From Candidatus Nomurabacteria bacterium GW2011_GWC2_42_20 (GTDB lineage Bacteria > Patescibacteriota > Minisyncoccia > Phycocordibacterales > UBA1550): a DNA stretch of 64,000 nucleotides. The notes below the pieces were generated by a model that saw only the letters and a list, made by a program, of their open reading frames with translations, searched no databases and had not been told where the DNA came from. The position numbers and the translations under genes were made by a program. Shown here in pieces: positions 10,738 through 20,798 of the stretch (position 1 is its first letter; each line of letters begins with the position of its first letter). The DNA is taken from assembly GCA_000998425.1 (NCBI GenBank), contig LCDG01000001.1:10558-74557 (forward strand), written 5' to 3'.

Positions 10738-11418
10738 ATGATTTACTTCGACAATGTTTCAAAATCCTACCAAGATGGCACTGTAGCGCTAAATGGTGTA
10801 ACACTTTCAATAAAACAAGGAGAGTTTGTTTCAATTGTTGGGCATTCAGGTGCCGGCAAGACGACTCTCGTGAAGCTACTTTTGGGCGAAGACAATCCAA
10901 CGACTGGAAGTGTGTCCTTCGACTCTGTTAATATTAAAAAAATTAAGGCAAAAGATATGCCAGAGCTTCGTCGTCGTATAGGTGTTATTTTCCAAGATTT
11001 TCGCCTCCTTCCCAACAAGACCGCGTATGAAAACGTGGCATTTGCAATGGAGGTCGCAGGTAAAGCAGACGAGGAAATTGCATCAGATGTCCCTCATGTA
11101 CTAGAACTTGTTGATCTCACAAAAAAAATGTGGAACTTTCCTCGACAGCTTTCTGGAGGCGAGTTGCAACGTGTCGCTATTGCGCGCGCTATTGTGAATC
11201 AGCCAGACTTGATTATTGCCGATGAACCAACAGGGAACCTTGATCCAATCAACACTTACGAAATCGTACAAATTTTAAAGAAAATTAATGATATGGGGAC
11301 AACGGTTATCTTAACGACTCACAATAAGGGCGTAGTAGAGGCTCTTGGGAAACGCGTTATTACAATGGACCACGGTAGAATCATTCGTGACGATTCGACT
11401 GGCAAATATGCACTTTAG
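10738..11418 (+). CDS. ftsE: cell division ATP-binding protein FtsE
   Basis: GHSGAGKT, IFQDFRLL, LSGGE, ADEPTGNLD; upstream of ftsX. Confidence 0.95.
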   Translation: MIYFDNVSKSYQDGTVALNGVTLSIKQGEFVSIVGHSGAGKTTLVKLLLGEDNPTTGSVSFDSVNIKKIKAKDMPELRRRIGVIFQDFRLLPNKTAYENVAFAMEVAGKADEEIASDVPHVLELVDLTKKMWNFPRQLSGGELQRVAIARAIVNQPDLIIADEPTGNLDPINTYEIVQILKKINDMGTTVILTTHNKGVVEALGKRVITMDHGRIIRDDSTGKYAL

Positions 11419-11455
11419 GAATTAGTGTGACACGTGATACAATATGTATAACATT

Positions 11456-12388
11456 ATGTTTTGGACAACTATCAAACGAATTATAAAAGCAGGATTCATA
11501 AGTTTTTGGAGAAACGGCAGTGTCTCGCTTTCTGCTGTATTTGTAATGATAGTCGCGCTTTTTATGATTGCTTCTACGCTTTTAATCACGGCATTCCTCG
11601 GTACCGCACTCAAAGATCTTCAGGACAAGATCGATATTAATATTTATGTGGACGAAAAAGCCACAGAACCCGCAATTTTGAGTCTAAAGGAAAAAATTGA
11701 AATTCTTCCAGAGGTTAAATCAGTTTCATATATTTCACGAGAGCAAGCTCTAGAGAATTTTCGAATTCGTCACGAAAACGACCATCGCATCATCCAGGCA
11801 CTTGATGAAATAGGAGACAATCCATTGCCAGCAACACTTACGATAAAGGCAAAGGAGCCATCGCAATATGAAGGTATTTCAAATTTTCTTTCAAATAAAT
11901 CCGAGCTTTCAGCAGGGAGTACGCTTTCGATAGTAAGCAAAGTAAACTACAATGACAACAAAGTAGCTATTGACCGTCTTTCAAAAATTATTATCGGGGT
12001 GAAAAAGCTTGGCGGCATTATCACGGCTATGATGATTGGTATTTCTATACTAATTACATTTAACACTATTCGCCTTGCTATCTTTATTGCTCGTGATGAA
12101 ATAGGGGTGATGCGCCTTGTGGGTGGTAGTAATGAATACGTGCGCGGACCGTTTGTTGTTGAGGGAATCTTGTATGGACTCGTTGCTGCATTTTTGACAC
12201 TCATTTTATTTTATCCTGTCACTTACTGGCTCAAAAATACGACACAGGTATTTTATGGTGGTGTCGACCTGCTGCACTATTTTGTTGCAAACTTCGTGCA
12301 AATATTCGTTATTATAATTCTTTCTGGGATAGCGCTTGGCGCAGTTTCCAGCTATCTCGCGGTTCGAAAATATTTAACATCAAAATAA
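11456..12388 (+). CDS. ftsX: cell division permease FtsX
   Basis: NPLP, NTIRLAI..EIGVMRLVG..GPF..EG. Confidence 0.93.
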   Translation: MFWTTIKRIIKAGFISFWRNGSVSLSAVFVMIVALFMIASTLLITAFLGTALKDLQDKIDINIYVDEKATEPAILSLKEKIEILPEVKSVSYISREQALENFRIRHENDHRIIQALDEIGDNPLPATLTIKAKEPSQYEGISNFLSNKSELSAGSTLSIVSKVNYNDNKVAIDRLSKIIIGVKKLGGIITAMMIGISILITFNTIRLAIFIARDEIGVMRLVGGSNEYVRGPFVVEGILYGLVAAFLTLILFYPVTYWLKNTTQVFYGGVDLLHYFVANFVQIFVIIILSGIALGAVSSYLAVRKYLTSK

Positions 12389-12397
12389 CGTTCACTT

Positions 12398-14056
12398 ATG
12401 AAAAAGAAAACACGCAAGTATATTTTTGTGGTAGGTGGCGTGATTTCTGGAGTCGGCAAAGGGATAACAACTTCCTCTATTGGCAAGATATTGCAGTCTC
12501 ATGGGTATAGGGTAACGGCAATGAAGATTGACCCATATGTGAACGTGGACGCTGGCACGATGAACCCGACTGAGCACGGCGAAGTGTTTGTGCTCAAAGA
12601 CGGCGACGAGACGGATCAGGACATGGGTAATTATGAGCGCTTTCTTGAGACCTCTCTCTCGCGTGATAATTACATGACGACTGGGCGTGTGTACCTCTCG
12701 GTCATTGAAAAAGAGCGGGCACTCGCATACAAGGGTAAGTGCGTGCAGGTTGTGCCACATATTCCATACGAGGTGATTAACCGTATAAATAACGCGGTAG
12801 ACAAGGCAAATGCCGAGATTGTCGTTATTGAGGTCGGAGGTACTGTAGGCGAGTACGAGAATATTCTTTTTCTCGAAACGGCTCGAATGCTTAAAATCAA
12901 AAACCCAGATGATGTACTTTTCGCCATTGTGAGTTATTTGCCTACTCCTTCAAAGGTAGGGGAGATGAAAACAAAGCCTACACAGCATGCAGTACGTGCT
13001 CTCAATAGTGCCGGGATTCAACCAGATTTTATTATTGCGCGTAGCGATATTGCGCTAGATAATAAGCGCAAAGAAAAACTCGCGCTTTTTTGCAATGTAC
13101 TTCCTGAAAGCGTAATATCTGCTCCCGATGTAGATAGTATCTATGACGTTCCAGTGAACTTTGAAAAAGATAAGCTTGGTGAAAAAATTTTGAAGCGTCT
13201 AAATCTAAAATCACGCGGCACGACAGCTGTATGGAAAGAATGGGAAGCATTTGCGCGTAAGGCAAATAAAGTGAAAGATGAGGTGCGTATTGCTGTAGTT
13301 GGAAAATATTTTGATACTGGTGATTATGTTCTCTCAGACTCATATTTGTCGGTTATCGAAGCACTCAAATATTCAGCCATTCACCAAGGTAAAAAAGCAA
13401 AACTCGTATGGCTCAGTGCAGATACTTTTGAAGGAAAGAACCCACCACTTGCAGAGCTTATTGGGTTTGATGGCATACTTATTCCAGGAGGCTTTGGTTC
13501 GCGAGGTGTAGAAGGGAAGATTAATGTTATTCGTTTTGCACGAGAGCACAAGATTCCATACTTTGGTATTTGTTATGGTATGCAGCTAGCCGTCATTGAG
13601 TATGCGAGAAACGTACTTGGTTTCAATGACGCAACTTCACGCGAGATTGACCCAAAATCAAAACATATAGTCATTGATATTATGGAAGGACAAAAAGAAA
13701 ATATTAAAAGTGGTAATCTTGGTGGGAGCATGCGTCTAGGAGCATACGAAGCAGTGCTCAAAAAAGGAACAATAGCGCGCAACGTATATGGCGAAGACAG
13801 GATCGTTGAGCGACACAGGCATCGCTTTGAAGTGAACCCAGAATACATTGAAGCCCTTGAGTCAAAGGGGCTCGTATTCTCAGGCAGATCACCGGATGGT
13901 AGACTCATGGAAATTGCCGAGCTACCAGCAAGCGTACATCCCTTCTTCCTTGGCGCGCAGTTTCATCCAGAGTTTGAGGCGCGTCCTCTAGCAACACATA
14001 AACTTTTTTCCGCGTTTATAAAAGCGGCCATTGTTCGTAATAAAAAGGTTAAATAG
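12398..14056 (+). CDS. pyrG: CTP synthase
   Basis: GGVISGVGKG, DPYVNVDAGTM, GICYGMQ, FHPEF. Confidence 0.98.
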   Translation: MKKKTRKYIFVVGGVISGVGKGITTSSIGKILQSHGYRVTAMKIDPYVNVDAGTMNPTEHGEVFVLKDGDETDQDMGNYERFLETSLSRDNYMTTGRVYLSVIEKERALAYKGKCVQVVPHIPYEVINRINNAVDKANAEIVVIEVGGTVGEYENILFLETARMLKIKNPDDVLFAIVSYLPTPSKVGEMKTKPTQHAVRALNSAGIQPDFIIARSDIALDNKRKEKLALFCNVLPESVISAPDVDSIYDVPVNFEKDKLGEKILKRLNLKSRGTTAVWKEWEAFARKANKVKDEVRIAVVGKYFDTGDYVLSDSYLSVIEALKYSAIHQGKKAKLVWLSADTFEGKNPPLAELIGFDGILIPGGFGSRGVEGKINVIRFAREHKIPYFGICYGMQLAVIEYARNVLGFNDATSREIDPKSKHIVIDIMEGQKENIKSGNLGGSMRLGAYEAVLKKGTIARNVYGEDRIVERHRHRFEVNPEYIEALESKGLVFSGRSPDGRLMEIAELPASVHPFFLGAQFHPEFEARPLATHKLFSAFIKAAIVRNKKVK

Positions 14057-14090
14057 TTTTCGTAGGGATGTTTAAGAAAAAATAGCGATC

Positions 14091-14633
14091 ATGAAAAAGA
14101 TACTTATTATAGTTGCCACAATAATTATAACCATCAATTTTATTGTATCATGGAGACTCGCTGGGAAGGAAAAATTGGTAGTAGTAACAAATTTTGCAGA
14201 GTGTTACGCAACAGGAAGCCTTATTATGGAAAGCTACCCGCGTCAGTGTCGGTATGACGGAAAAACATTTACCGAAAACATTGGCAACGAGTTGGAAAAA
14301 GCGAACATTATTCGTCTGGATAGCCCACGCCCAAACCAAATTATACAAAGTCCGTTACTTATTAAGGGGCAGGCGCGTGGAAACTGGTTCTTCGAAGCGA
14401 GTTTCCCAGTATTTCTTGTAAATTGGGACGGGCTCATTATTGCGCAAGGAATAGCACAGGCAAAAAGTGATTGGATGACTACAGATTTTGTGCCATTTGA
14501 AGCAACCATCGCATTCGTTGTAGATAAAGATGTGTATAGCACCAGAGGCTCGCTCATTCTTAAGAAGGACAATCCATCAGGACTTCCAGAGCATGATGAC
14601 GCAATGGAGATTCCTATAGTATTTCAAAAATAG
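14091..14633 (+). CDS. membrane-anchored Ig-like (Gmad2-type) protein
   Basis: ESYPRQC, G.ARGNWFFEASFP, DNPSG. Confidence 0.75.
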   Translation: MKKILIIVATIIITINFIVSWRLAGKEKLVVVTNFAECYATGSLIMESYPRQCRYDGKTFTENIGNELEKANIIRLDSPRPNQIIQSPLLIKGQARGNWFFEASFPVFLVNWDGLIIAQGIAQAKSDWMTTDFVPFEATIAFVVDKDVYSTRGSLILKKDNPSGLPEHDDAMEIPIVFQK

Positions 14634-14638
14634 TAATT

Positions 14639-15529
14639 ATGCCTGATAAATATACAGCTGTGTGGGTGTCGCATTCGTCAATGGGGGACTTTATCAAGTG
14701 CCCTCGTTCATACTACCTGCACAATATGTACAAGGATCCGCGTACTGGGCATAAAGTTTCTATTGTGAGTCCGCATATGTCGCTCGGTATTGCAGTGCAT
14801 GAGGTTCTAGAAGGGCTAGCGGATTTTCCGGCAGACACGCGGATGGATAGAGACCTCCTCGCGCTTTATGAGGCAGAATGGAAAAAAGTTTCTGGAAAGA
14901 AAGGCGGCTTTTCTGGTGATGAGGAAGAAGCAGAATTTAAAATTCGCGGAAAAGTTATGCTTGAAAAAGTGACTTGCGATCCGCGTTTTCTCGTGAATAA
15001 ATGCATCAAGCTTCCACAGGACAAAATGCCATGCAACTTTTATTTGAGCGAAGAACACAATATTATTTTGAATGGGCTTGTTGACTGGATTGAGTATTTG
15101 CCACAGACTGATTCGCTCCATATTATAGATTTTAAAACAGGGAAGAATGAGGAGAAGGACGGCTCGCTCCAACTTCCAATCTATCTACTACTTTGCGACG
15201 CGCTTCACAAAAAACGCAAAGTGACAAAGGCGAGCTACTGGTATTTGGAAAGCGACAAACTTATTGAGAAGAAATTACCAGATATAGACATTGCTCGACA
15301 GGAAGTGCTTGACGTTGCCTTGAAGGTGAAGGATGCGCGCGATACCGCAAAGAGGGATGGTGTAGAAAAAGCTTTTGTTTGCCCACATGGAGCGTATGAT
15401 ATTACCACGAAGACTGGCGGGTGTAGTAGCTGTCGCCCATATGAATTTATTCTTGCTGGTGATTCAGCTGTAGAATTTGTCGGCGTCGGTGGCTTTAGTC
15501 AGGATATGTATGTGCTAAAAAGAGTGTAA
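14639..15529 (+). CDS. PD-(D/E)XK (RecB/Cas4-like) nuclease
   Basis: CPR, G.AVH, GLVD...IIDFKTG, QL.IY, C-terminal CPHG..CSSC. Confidence 0.85.
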   Translation: MPDKYTAVWVSHSSMGDFIKCPRSYYLHNMYKDPRTGHKVSIVSPHMSLGIAVHEVLEGLADFPADTRMDRDLLALYEAEWKKVSGKKGGFSGDEEEAEFKIRGKVMLEKVTCDPRFLVNKCIKLPQDKMPCNFYLSEEHNIILNGLVDWIEYLPQTDSLHIIDFKTGKNEEKDGSLQLPIYLLLCDALHKKRKVTKASYWYLESDKLIEKKLPDIDIARQEVLDVALKVKDARDTAKRDGVEKAFVCPHGAYDITTKTGGCSSCRPYEFILAGDSAVEFVGVGGFSQDMYVLKRV

Positions 15530-15537
15530 GAAATTTT

Positions 15538-15858
15538 ATGGAAAAAATGCATATCAATGAAAGGGGATCTCACACGACGGTTATCGAAGGGTCCAAAGAT
15601 ATTTTAAAACTTCTAAAAAAAGCTGGAGTAGAGGTCTCCCCAGGTGTTATCGAGGGGAATGTTAAGGCAAAGGGGAAAAGCGTAAAATTGAAAAAGTTCA
15701 ATAACGAAACTTTTGAAATGGTCGTGGTAGTAAACAGCAGCAAGCAGACTTTCAAGGTGTACGGCAACAACCAAGATGGTATTAGTAGTGCTATACGAGG
15801 ACTGAAAGCTGACGGATGGAATGTTCTTGATACGATGGATTTATCTAGCGGAGCTTAA
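15538..15858 (+). CDS. DUF2103-like small protein
   Basis: GSHTTVIEG, SPGVI motifs. Confidence 0.6.
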   Translation: MEKMHINERGSHTTVIEGSKDILKLLKKAGVEVSPGVIEGNVKAKGKSVKLKKFNNETFEMVVVVNSSKQTFKVYGNNQDGISSAIRGLKADGWNVLDTMDLSSGA

Positions 15859-15977
15859 TTTAAGTATAAAAATAAATATGGAACGCCTATATATACGTAT
15901 GTAGAAGAGACCACTCATTTTTTACTGCTTGAAAAAACATGGATTTTGCGGTATGGTAGCAATATTCTGATGAATAT

Positions 15978-16048
15978 TGCGAGATCGTCTAATGGTAGGA
16001 CATCGCCCTCTGGAGGCGGTTATCTTGGTTCGAATCCAGGTCTCGCAG
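15978..16048 (+). tRNA. tRNA-Gln (CTG)
   Basis: tgcgaga/tctcgca acceptor stem, ctCTGga loop, TTCGAAT. Confidence 0.93.
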
Positions 16049-16478
16049 CCGATTTTAAGTTTTTTGCGCGACCAGTAGGTCATTATGGTGAATGAGAAGC
16101 GTTCCTTTACAAAAAAGCTAAAAATCGCGTCGCAGTGTCGCGCATAGCGACACAAGACGTGAACTAATTAGCCCGCCATAGCAATGGAGACAATAAAAAA
16201 GTTGAGACAGGCTCAGTGACTAAAAATCCACAGTGAGTTATTTTTTTCTGAGGTCTTCGTCCAAGAGTCTGCGGTCAAGCGACTGCGTCCAGGACGTGAA
16301 CCTGCTGGTTCAAAATCTACTTATTCAAAAGCAAATAATTCGTCTACGTCGCTAATAACCGTGAAAAATTGTGTTTTTAGGCAGATTTTCACGGTTATGG
16401 TTGCAAAAGAGTGAAAATTCCCGTAGGACGAATAAAGAATTGCAAGTTGATACTTATGTTATACTACCTCAAATAAAC

Positions 16479-16880
16479 ATGAAAAAAGATTATAAAGAGT
16501 GGCACTCGAAGAAATCAGAAATTAGTGAAATCAAAAAGAGCCCCTTCTTTCACGAGCGCGAAATTTGGTTTTGTTACCTTGGTTCGAATATAGGTTTTGA
16601 GCAAGACGGAGGGGAGGAATTTTTGAGACCTGTTGTTGTTTTTCGTAAGTTCAACAACGAAATCTTTTGGGCGATTCCACTTACAAAGTCAAAAAAGAAG
16701 CTAAACAAAAAGACGGAGTGTTATTATTACTCATTTTCATTCATACCTGAGGTTACGAGCCTCGCGATATTGTCACAAATTCGTTTAGTTGACGCAAAGA
16801 GACTAAGTCGTCACATTGGTACAATGCCCGAAGAAAGCTTTGATGAACTAAAGAAAAAACTCAAAGCATTAATACCTTGA
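16479..16880 (+). CDS. PemK/MazF-like endoribonuclease toxin, no adjacent protein antitoxin
   Basis: EIWFCYLG.NIGFEQDG..RPVVV...AIPLT, SQIRLVD.KRL. Confidence 0.85.
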   Translation: MKKDYKEWHSKKSEISEIKKSPFFHEREIWFCYLGSNIGFEQDGGEEFLRPVVVFRKFNNEIFWAIPLTKSKKKLNKKTECYYYSFSFIPEVTSLAILSQIRLVDAKRLSRHIGTMPEESFDELKKKLKALIP

Positions 16881-16930
16881 GTTTCTCTTTTTCCTCTACC
16901 TTGCGGCAGAGTCGGGCCGAAGCCGTTTGT
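16881..16930 (-). ncRNA. candidate structured antisense RNA convergent on pemK
   Basis: Minus-strand promoter upstream; cUUCGg and GCAA tetraloop hairpins; 3' end not determinable. Confidence 0.5.
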
Positions 16931-16936
16931 AAGTAA

Positions 16937-16965
16937 AATATACACTACTTACGAAAGAATTGCAA
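16937..16965 (-). promoter_or_regulatory. sigma70 promoter pointing back at pemK
   Basis: Minus strand TTGCAA-17 nt-TATATT. Confidence 0.6.
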
Positions 16966-17319
16966 ATTTTTCAAGCTGAGTTATCCACAGGCAAGGAAAT
17001 GAATGAGTATTTTTAGGCAACAAAAACCGCATTCTAAAATGCTACTTTTGTTAGAGGTGGTGGTCTCACGCAATAACTTATGAAGGCACTTTTGCATAAT
17101 AACTATGAAAATTATGTTTCTAGGCACATTTTCATAGTTATGCTAACGAAAACATGAAAATTTCTAAGCACCCCTTTTTTGAAGTTTTAAATACAAAAGG
17201 TGGTGGAAGAAATTCTTTTGCCAACAGCCTCACTTAATTTTCTTAGATTGATAGTGGACTTTTTGTAATAAAAATTTATTAGGGGTATACTTTGAGTTAC
17301 CAACACGGCTTATAATTTT

Positions 17320-17667
17320 ATGCAAAAAATCGAAGATTTAACCACCAGAATAACGGCTTTCAGGGATGCGAGAGACTGGAAGCAATTCCATAACCCAAAA
17401 GACTGTGCAATTTCGCTTGCGCTTGAAGCGGCAGAAGTACTAGAGCATTTTCAGTGGAAAAACAAGGAGGAAATGGAAGTTTATGCAAAAACAAACAAAG
17501 AAGAAATAAGCGAAGAGTTAGCTGATGTTTTGTATTGGGTTCTTTTGATGAGTAAGGATCTTGACATCGATGTATTAGAGGCTCTACATAAAAAAATGAA
17601 GAAGAATGAAGATAAGTATCCAGTTGAAAAAGCAAAGGGCAAACATACTAAGTATACTGAACTATAA
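17320..17667 (+). CDS. MazG-like nucleotide pyrophosphohydrolase
   Basis: RDWKQFH.PK, EAAEVLEHFQW, EELADV, N..KYP. Confidence 0.92.
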   Translation: MQKIEDLTTRITAFRDARDWKQFHNPKDCAISLALEAAEVLEHFQWKNKEEMEVYAKTNKEEISEELADVLYWVLLMSKDLDIDVLEALHKKMKKNEDKYPVEKAKGKHTKYTEL

Positions 17668-17670
17668 AAT

Positions 17671-19692
17671 ATGTCAGAAATTAAAACTTTTCAATTTGAT
17701 AAAGATAAATTTGAACAAATAAGAAGTTACAAGTTTGGTAGAAACTGGCCTGTCGTGTATGTTATCGAAGACGGGAAGGAGCTCTATATTGGGGAGACCA
17801 CAAGTGTGTATTCGAGAAGTAAACAACACCATGAAAATCCAGATAGGGCAAAACTTAATAGAATTCATATCATTACAGATGATGAATATAATAAATCTGC
17901 AACATTAGATATTGAATCTCTGCTAATTCAATATATCTCTGCCGAAGGCACATTTAAAATTCAAAACGGTAATGATGGGCTAAGAAATCATAATTATTTT
18001 GATAAGGAAAAATATAGAGCAAAATTTGAATCTACGTGGGAGAAGCTGAAAGAGATGGCGCTTGTGAAGCAGGATTTGGTCCAGATAAAAAATAGCGACT
18101 TATTTAAGTATTCTCCATACAAGGCCCTGACCGAAGACCAACTGATGGTTGTAAAATGTATTTCTAAAAATTTGGAGGCAAACAAGGAAAAGACTTATAT
18201 AATCAATGGCAAGCCAGGGACTGGAAAAACAATCCTCGCTGTTTACCTAATTAAGTATTTGAAAGAAAATAAAAAAACGAAACACCTAAATGTTGCATTA
18301 GTTGTTCCAATGACGTCGCTAAGGAAAACCATTAGAAAAGTATTTTCCAAAGTTGCTGGATTGAAGTCTAGTATGGTTGTCGGACCTAATGAAGTAGTAA
18401 ATAAGAATTACGATATTCTGATAGTTGATGAGGCTCACAGGTTAAAACAGAGAAAGAATATCGCCAACTATAGGTCATTCGACATCACAAATAAAAAACT
18501 CGGTTTTGATAATTCAGGCACGGAACTAGACTGGATAATGAAATCCTCGAAACAACAGATTTTTTTCTATGATAAGAATCAAACAATAAGACCAACGGAC
18601 GTAAGGCCTGATAAATTTAACAAACTTGGTGCTATTCATTACGACTTAGTCAGTCAGCAAAGAATAAGCGCAGGGGAGGAATACATTAATTTTATTGATG
18701 ACCTATTTGATCTTAAGGACCTCAGAAAATATACTTTCCCAGATTATGATTTTCAAATTTATGATGATATTCATAAAATGGTTGAGGATATAAAGAACAA
18801 GGATGCAGAAATGAAACTTTGTAGAATGGTTGCTGGTTACGCTTGGCCGTGGAATTCAAAGAAAAATATAAATAATCACGATATAGAAATTGATGGATTG
18901 AAGATGTTTTGGAATAGTACGAACCAAGATTGGGTAAATTCAAAAAATGCTATAAATGAAGTTGGTTGCATCCATACTGTGCAGGGCTATGATCTAAATT
19001 ACATTGGTGTAATAATTGGGCCTGAAATCTCATATGATGAAGGGAATAGAAAATTGATAGTTAATCCTGATAACTATTTAGATGCAAATGGATGGAAAGG
19101 CATCAATGATCCTGATGAACTCGAAAGATACATTATAAATATTTACAAAACGCTCCTAACCCGAGGCATAAAAGGTGCTTATGTTTATATTGTGGATAAA
19201 AAGCTAGCCAAGTATTTCAGAGATAATATTAAATTAAATAGACAAATAAGTAACACCGCAGCAAAAGAAAAAATTGTTTCTCCATATGCCATAGAAATGA
19301 TCAGCGTGCCACTTCTCGGTATGGCTCCATGTGGCGCTCCGTTTAATGCAGAAGAAAACACTGATGAAATGATCCTTGTTCCAAAAAGTAAAATTCAGCG
19401 TGGCATAGAGTATTTCATTCTGCGTGCTACAGGAGACTCTATGAATAAAGTTGGAATAAATGATGGTGACCTAGTACTCTGTAAGCAAAAATTAACTGCA
19501 CATGAAAATGACAAAGTTGTTGCCTTAATTGGAGACAGAGTGACGATTAAGGAATTTCATCGAGATGGAGCACAGATTGTGCTTAGACCCAGATCTACAA
19601 ATCCGGAGCATCGAGATATTTATCCTGATGAAGATGTTCAAGTTCAAGGTATAGTATTGGAAGTAATAAACAGATTTGAGTATGAAGAATAA
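17671..19692 (+). CDS. GIY-YIG + DUF2075 (Schlafen-3-like) helicase + S24 LexA/UmuD-like peptidase fusion
   Basis: VVY..LYIGET; GKPGTGKT; VDEAHR; HTVQGYDL; LTRG; PLLG.APCG..GDSM..I.DGD..TIK. Confidence 0.88.
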   Translation: MSEIKTFQFDKDKFEQIRSYKFGRNWPVVYVIEDGKELYIGETTSVYSRSKQHHENPDRAKLNRIHIITDDEYNKSATLDIESLLIQYISAEGTFKIQNGNDGLRNHNYFDKEKYRAKFESTWEKLKEMALVKQDLVQIKNSDLFKYSPYKALTEDQLMVVKCISKNLEANKEKTYIINGKPGTGKTILAVYLIKYLKENKKTKHLNVALVVPMTSLRKTIRKVFSKVAGLKSSMVVGPNEVVNKNYDILIVDEAHRLKQRKNIANYRSFDITNKKLGFDNSGTELDWIMKSSKQQIFFYDKNQTIRPTDVRPDKFNKLGAIHYDLVSQQRISAGEEYINFIDDLFDLKDLRKYTFPDYDFQIYDDIHKMVEDIKNKDAEMKLCRMVAGYAWPWNSKKNINNHDIEIDGLKMFWNSTNQDWVNSKNAINEVGCIHTVQGYDLNYIGVIIGPEISYDEGNRKLIVNPDNYLDANGWKGINDPDELERYIINIYKTLLTRGIKGAYVYIVDKKLAKYFRDNIKLNRQISNTAAKEKIVSPYAIEMISVPLLGMAPCGAPFNAEENTDEMILVPKSKIQRGIEYFILRATGDSMNKVGINDGDLVLCKQKLTAHENDKVVALIGDRVTIKEFHRDGAQIVLRPRSTNPEHRDIYPDEDVQVQGIVLEVINRFEYEE

Positions 19693-19717
19693 ATAATATT
19701 GAATCTAAAAAATAATT

Positions 19718-20497
19718 ATGGAAAAACTTTCTTATTCAAAAAAACTTTATTACAAGGCCGGCGTAAAACTCTTGATTTTTCCGATCCTAGCAATGATTTT
19801 AGGAATTAGTTTTTTTGTTTATGGTATTGATAACGCGATCGCACTTGGTGTTCCGTTGGCTGGACTTGTTGGTTTTGGTCTCGGGTTTATCCTCTTCCCA
19901 CTAAGTGAGCGAGTCCAAACAATATTTGATAAAAAAATTGACCACATCTATTCAAAATATGCAGACCCGATTATAGATGATAGAGATGCAGCAAAACGAG
20001 GAATAGACGGAGAAAGCATTGTCTTTGGCTGGCTTAATGAAATTCTTACTGATAAATCGTGGTCAATATATAAAAATGTAGAATTTACAGCAGGCGACAA
20101 AAATAAATTTGACATAGATGCCATAGTGGTCGGCCCGAAAGGAATTTTTGTATTTGAGATAAAGAATTTGTCATATGACTTTTTCTTTACTTCACATGAC
20201 TGTGATGTGGTGGTGGGTGAACAAATTCGACCATGCTCTCAAAAAGACCCGCGAATACAGATTGCTCAAAATGCAGAGATATTAGAAAAGAAACTGAAGG
20301 CAAGTGGCTTTAATGGAGTAAAAACGAAGCGCGCAGTTGTGTTTGCTCGACCAGAATCCATTCGGTTTCTCGGGAGCACTACAGTCTTTTTGATAGATAA
20401 TAAGGAAACTTTAAAGAGGTATATGCTCGAACAGTATGATGACCTGAGGTTTACGCCTGAGTTTTGTGAAAAAGTAAAAGAGGCAATTTTGTCATAA
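19718..20497 (+). CDS. membrane-anchored NERD-domain nuclease
   Basis: Two TM helices; GIDGE, DIDAIVVGPKGIFVFEIKN, P..Q. Confidence 0.85.
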   Translation: MEKLSYSKKLYYKAGVKLLIFPILAMILGISFFVYGIDNAIALGVPLAGLVGFGLGFILFPLSERVQTIFDKKIDHIYSKYADPIIDDRDAAKRGIDGESIVFGWLNEILTDKSWSIYKNVEFTAGDKNKFDIDAIVVGPKGIFVFEIKNLSYDFFFTSHDCDVVVGEQIRPCSQKDPRIQIAQNAEILEKKLKASGFNGVKTKRAVVFARPESIRFLGSTTVFLIDNKETLKRYMLEQYDDLRFTPEFCEKVKEAILS

Positions 20498-20798
20498 TTT
20501 GACAATTAAAAGACTGACGCGTGGGAATCCTACAATGACAGCTAAATTTGCTGAGTTAGAAATTAATGAGGATTAAACAAAAGCATGATTTATCATGCTT
20601 TTGAAGTTTGTAATTTTATCTAAAAAGGTTCCAGCTTTGTCCCAAACTCCCAGCCAAGAAATAGTATCGCATAGTGTTTATCGAGGCATGATACTGAGAC
20701 GCAAGACATTACCTAAACATAGGATTTGTATTCGTGGTCTTTGCTGCTCACTAATATCTAGAGTATAATTTGGTTGTTATCAGTTAATTACTAATTAT

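Noticed and set aside
16981-16989. Perfect DnaA box TTATCCACA
   Set aside because: Single box, no cluster seen and no dnaA/dnaN nearby; not enough to call oriC.
20647-20655. attR of the tRNA-Gln island
   Set aside because: Only an 8/9 match, which is expected by chance; not called as a feature.
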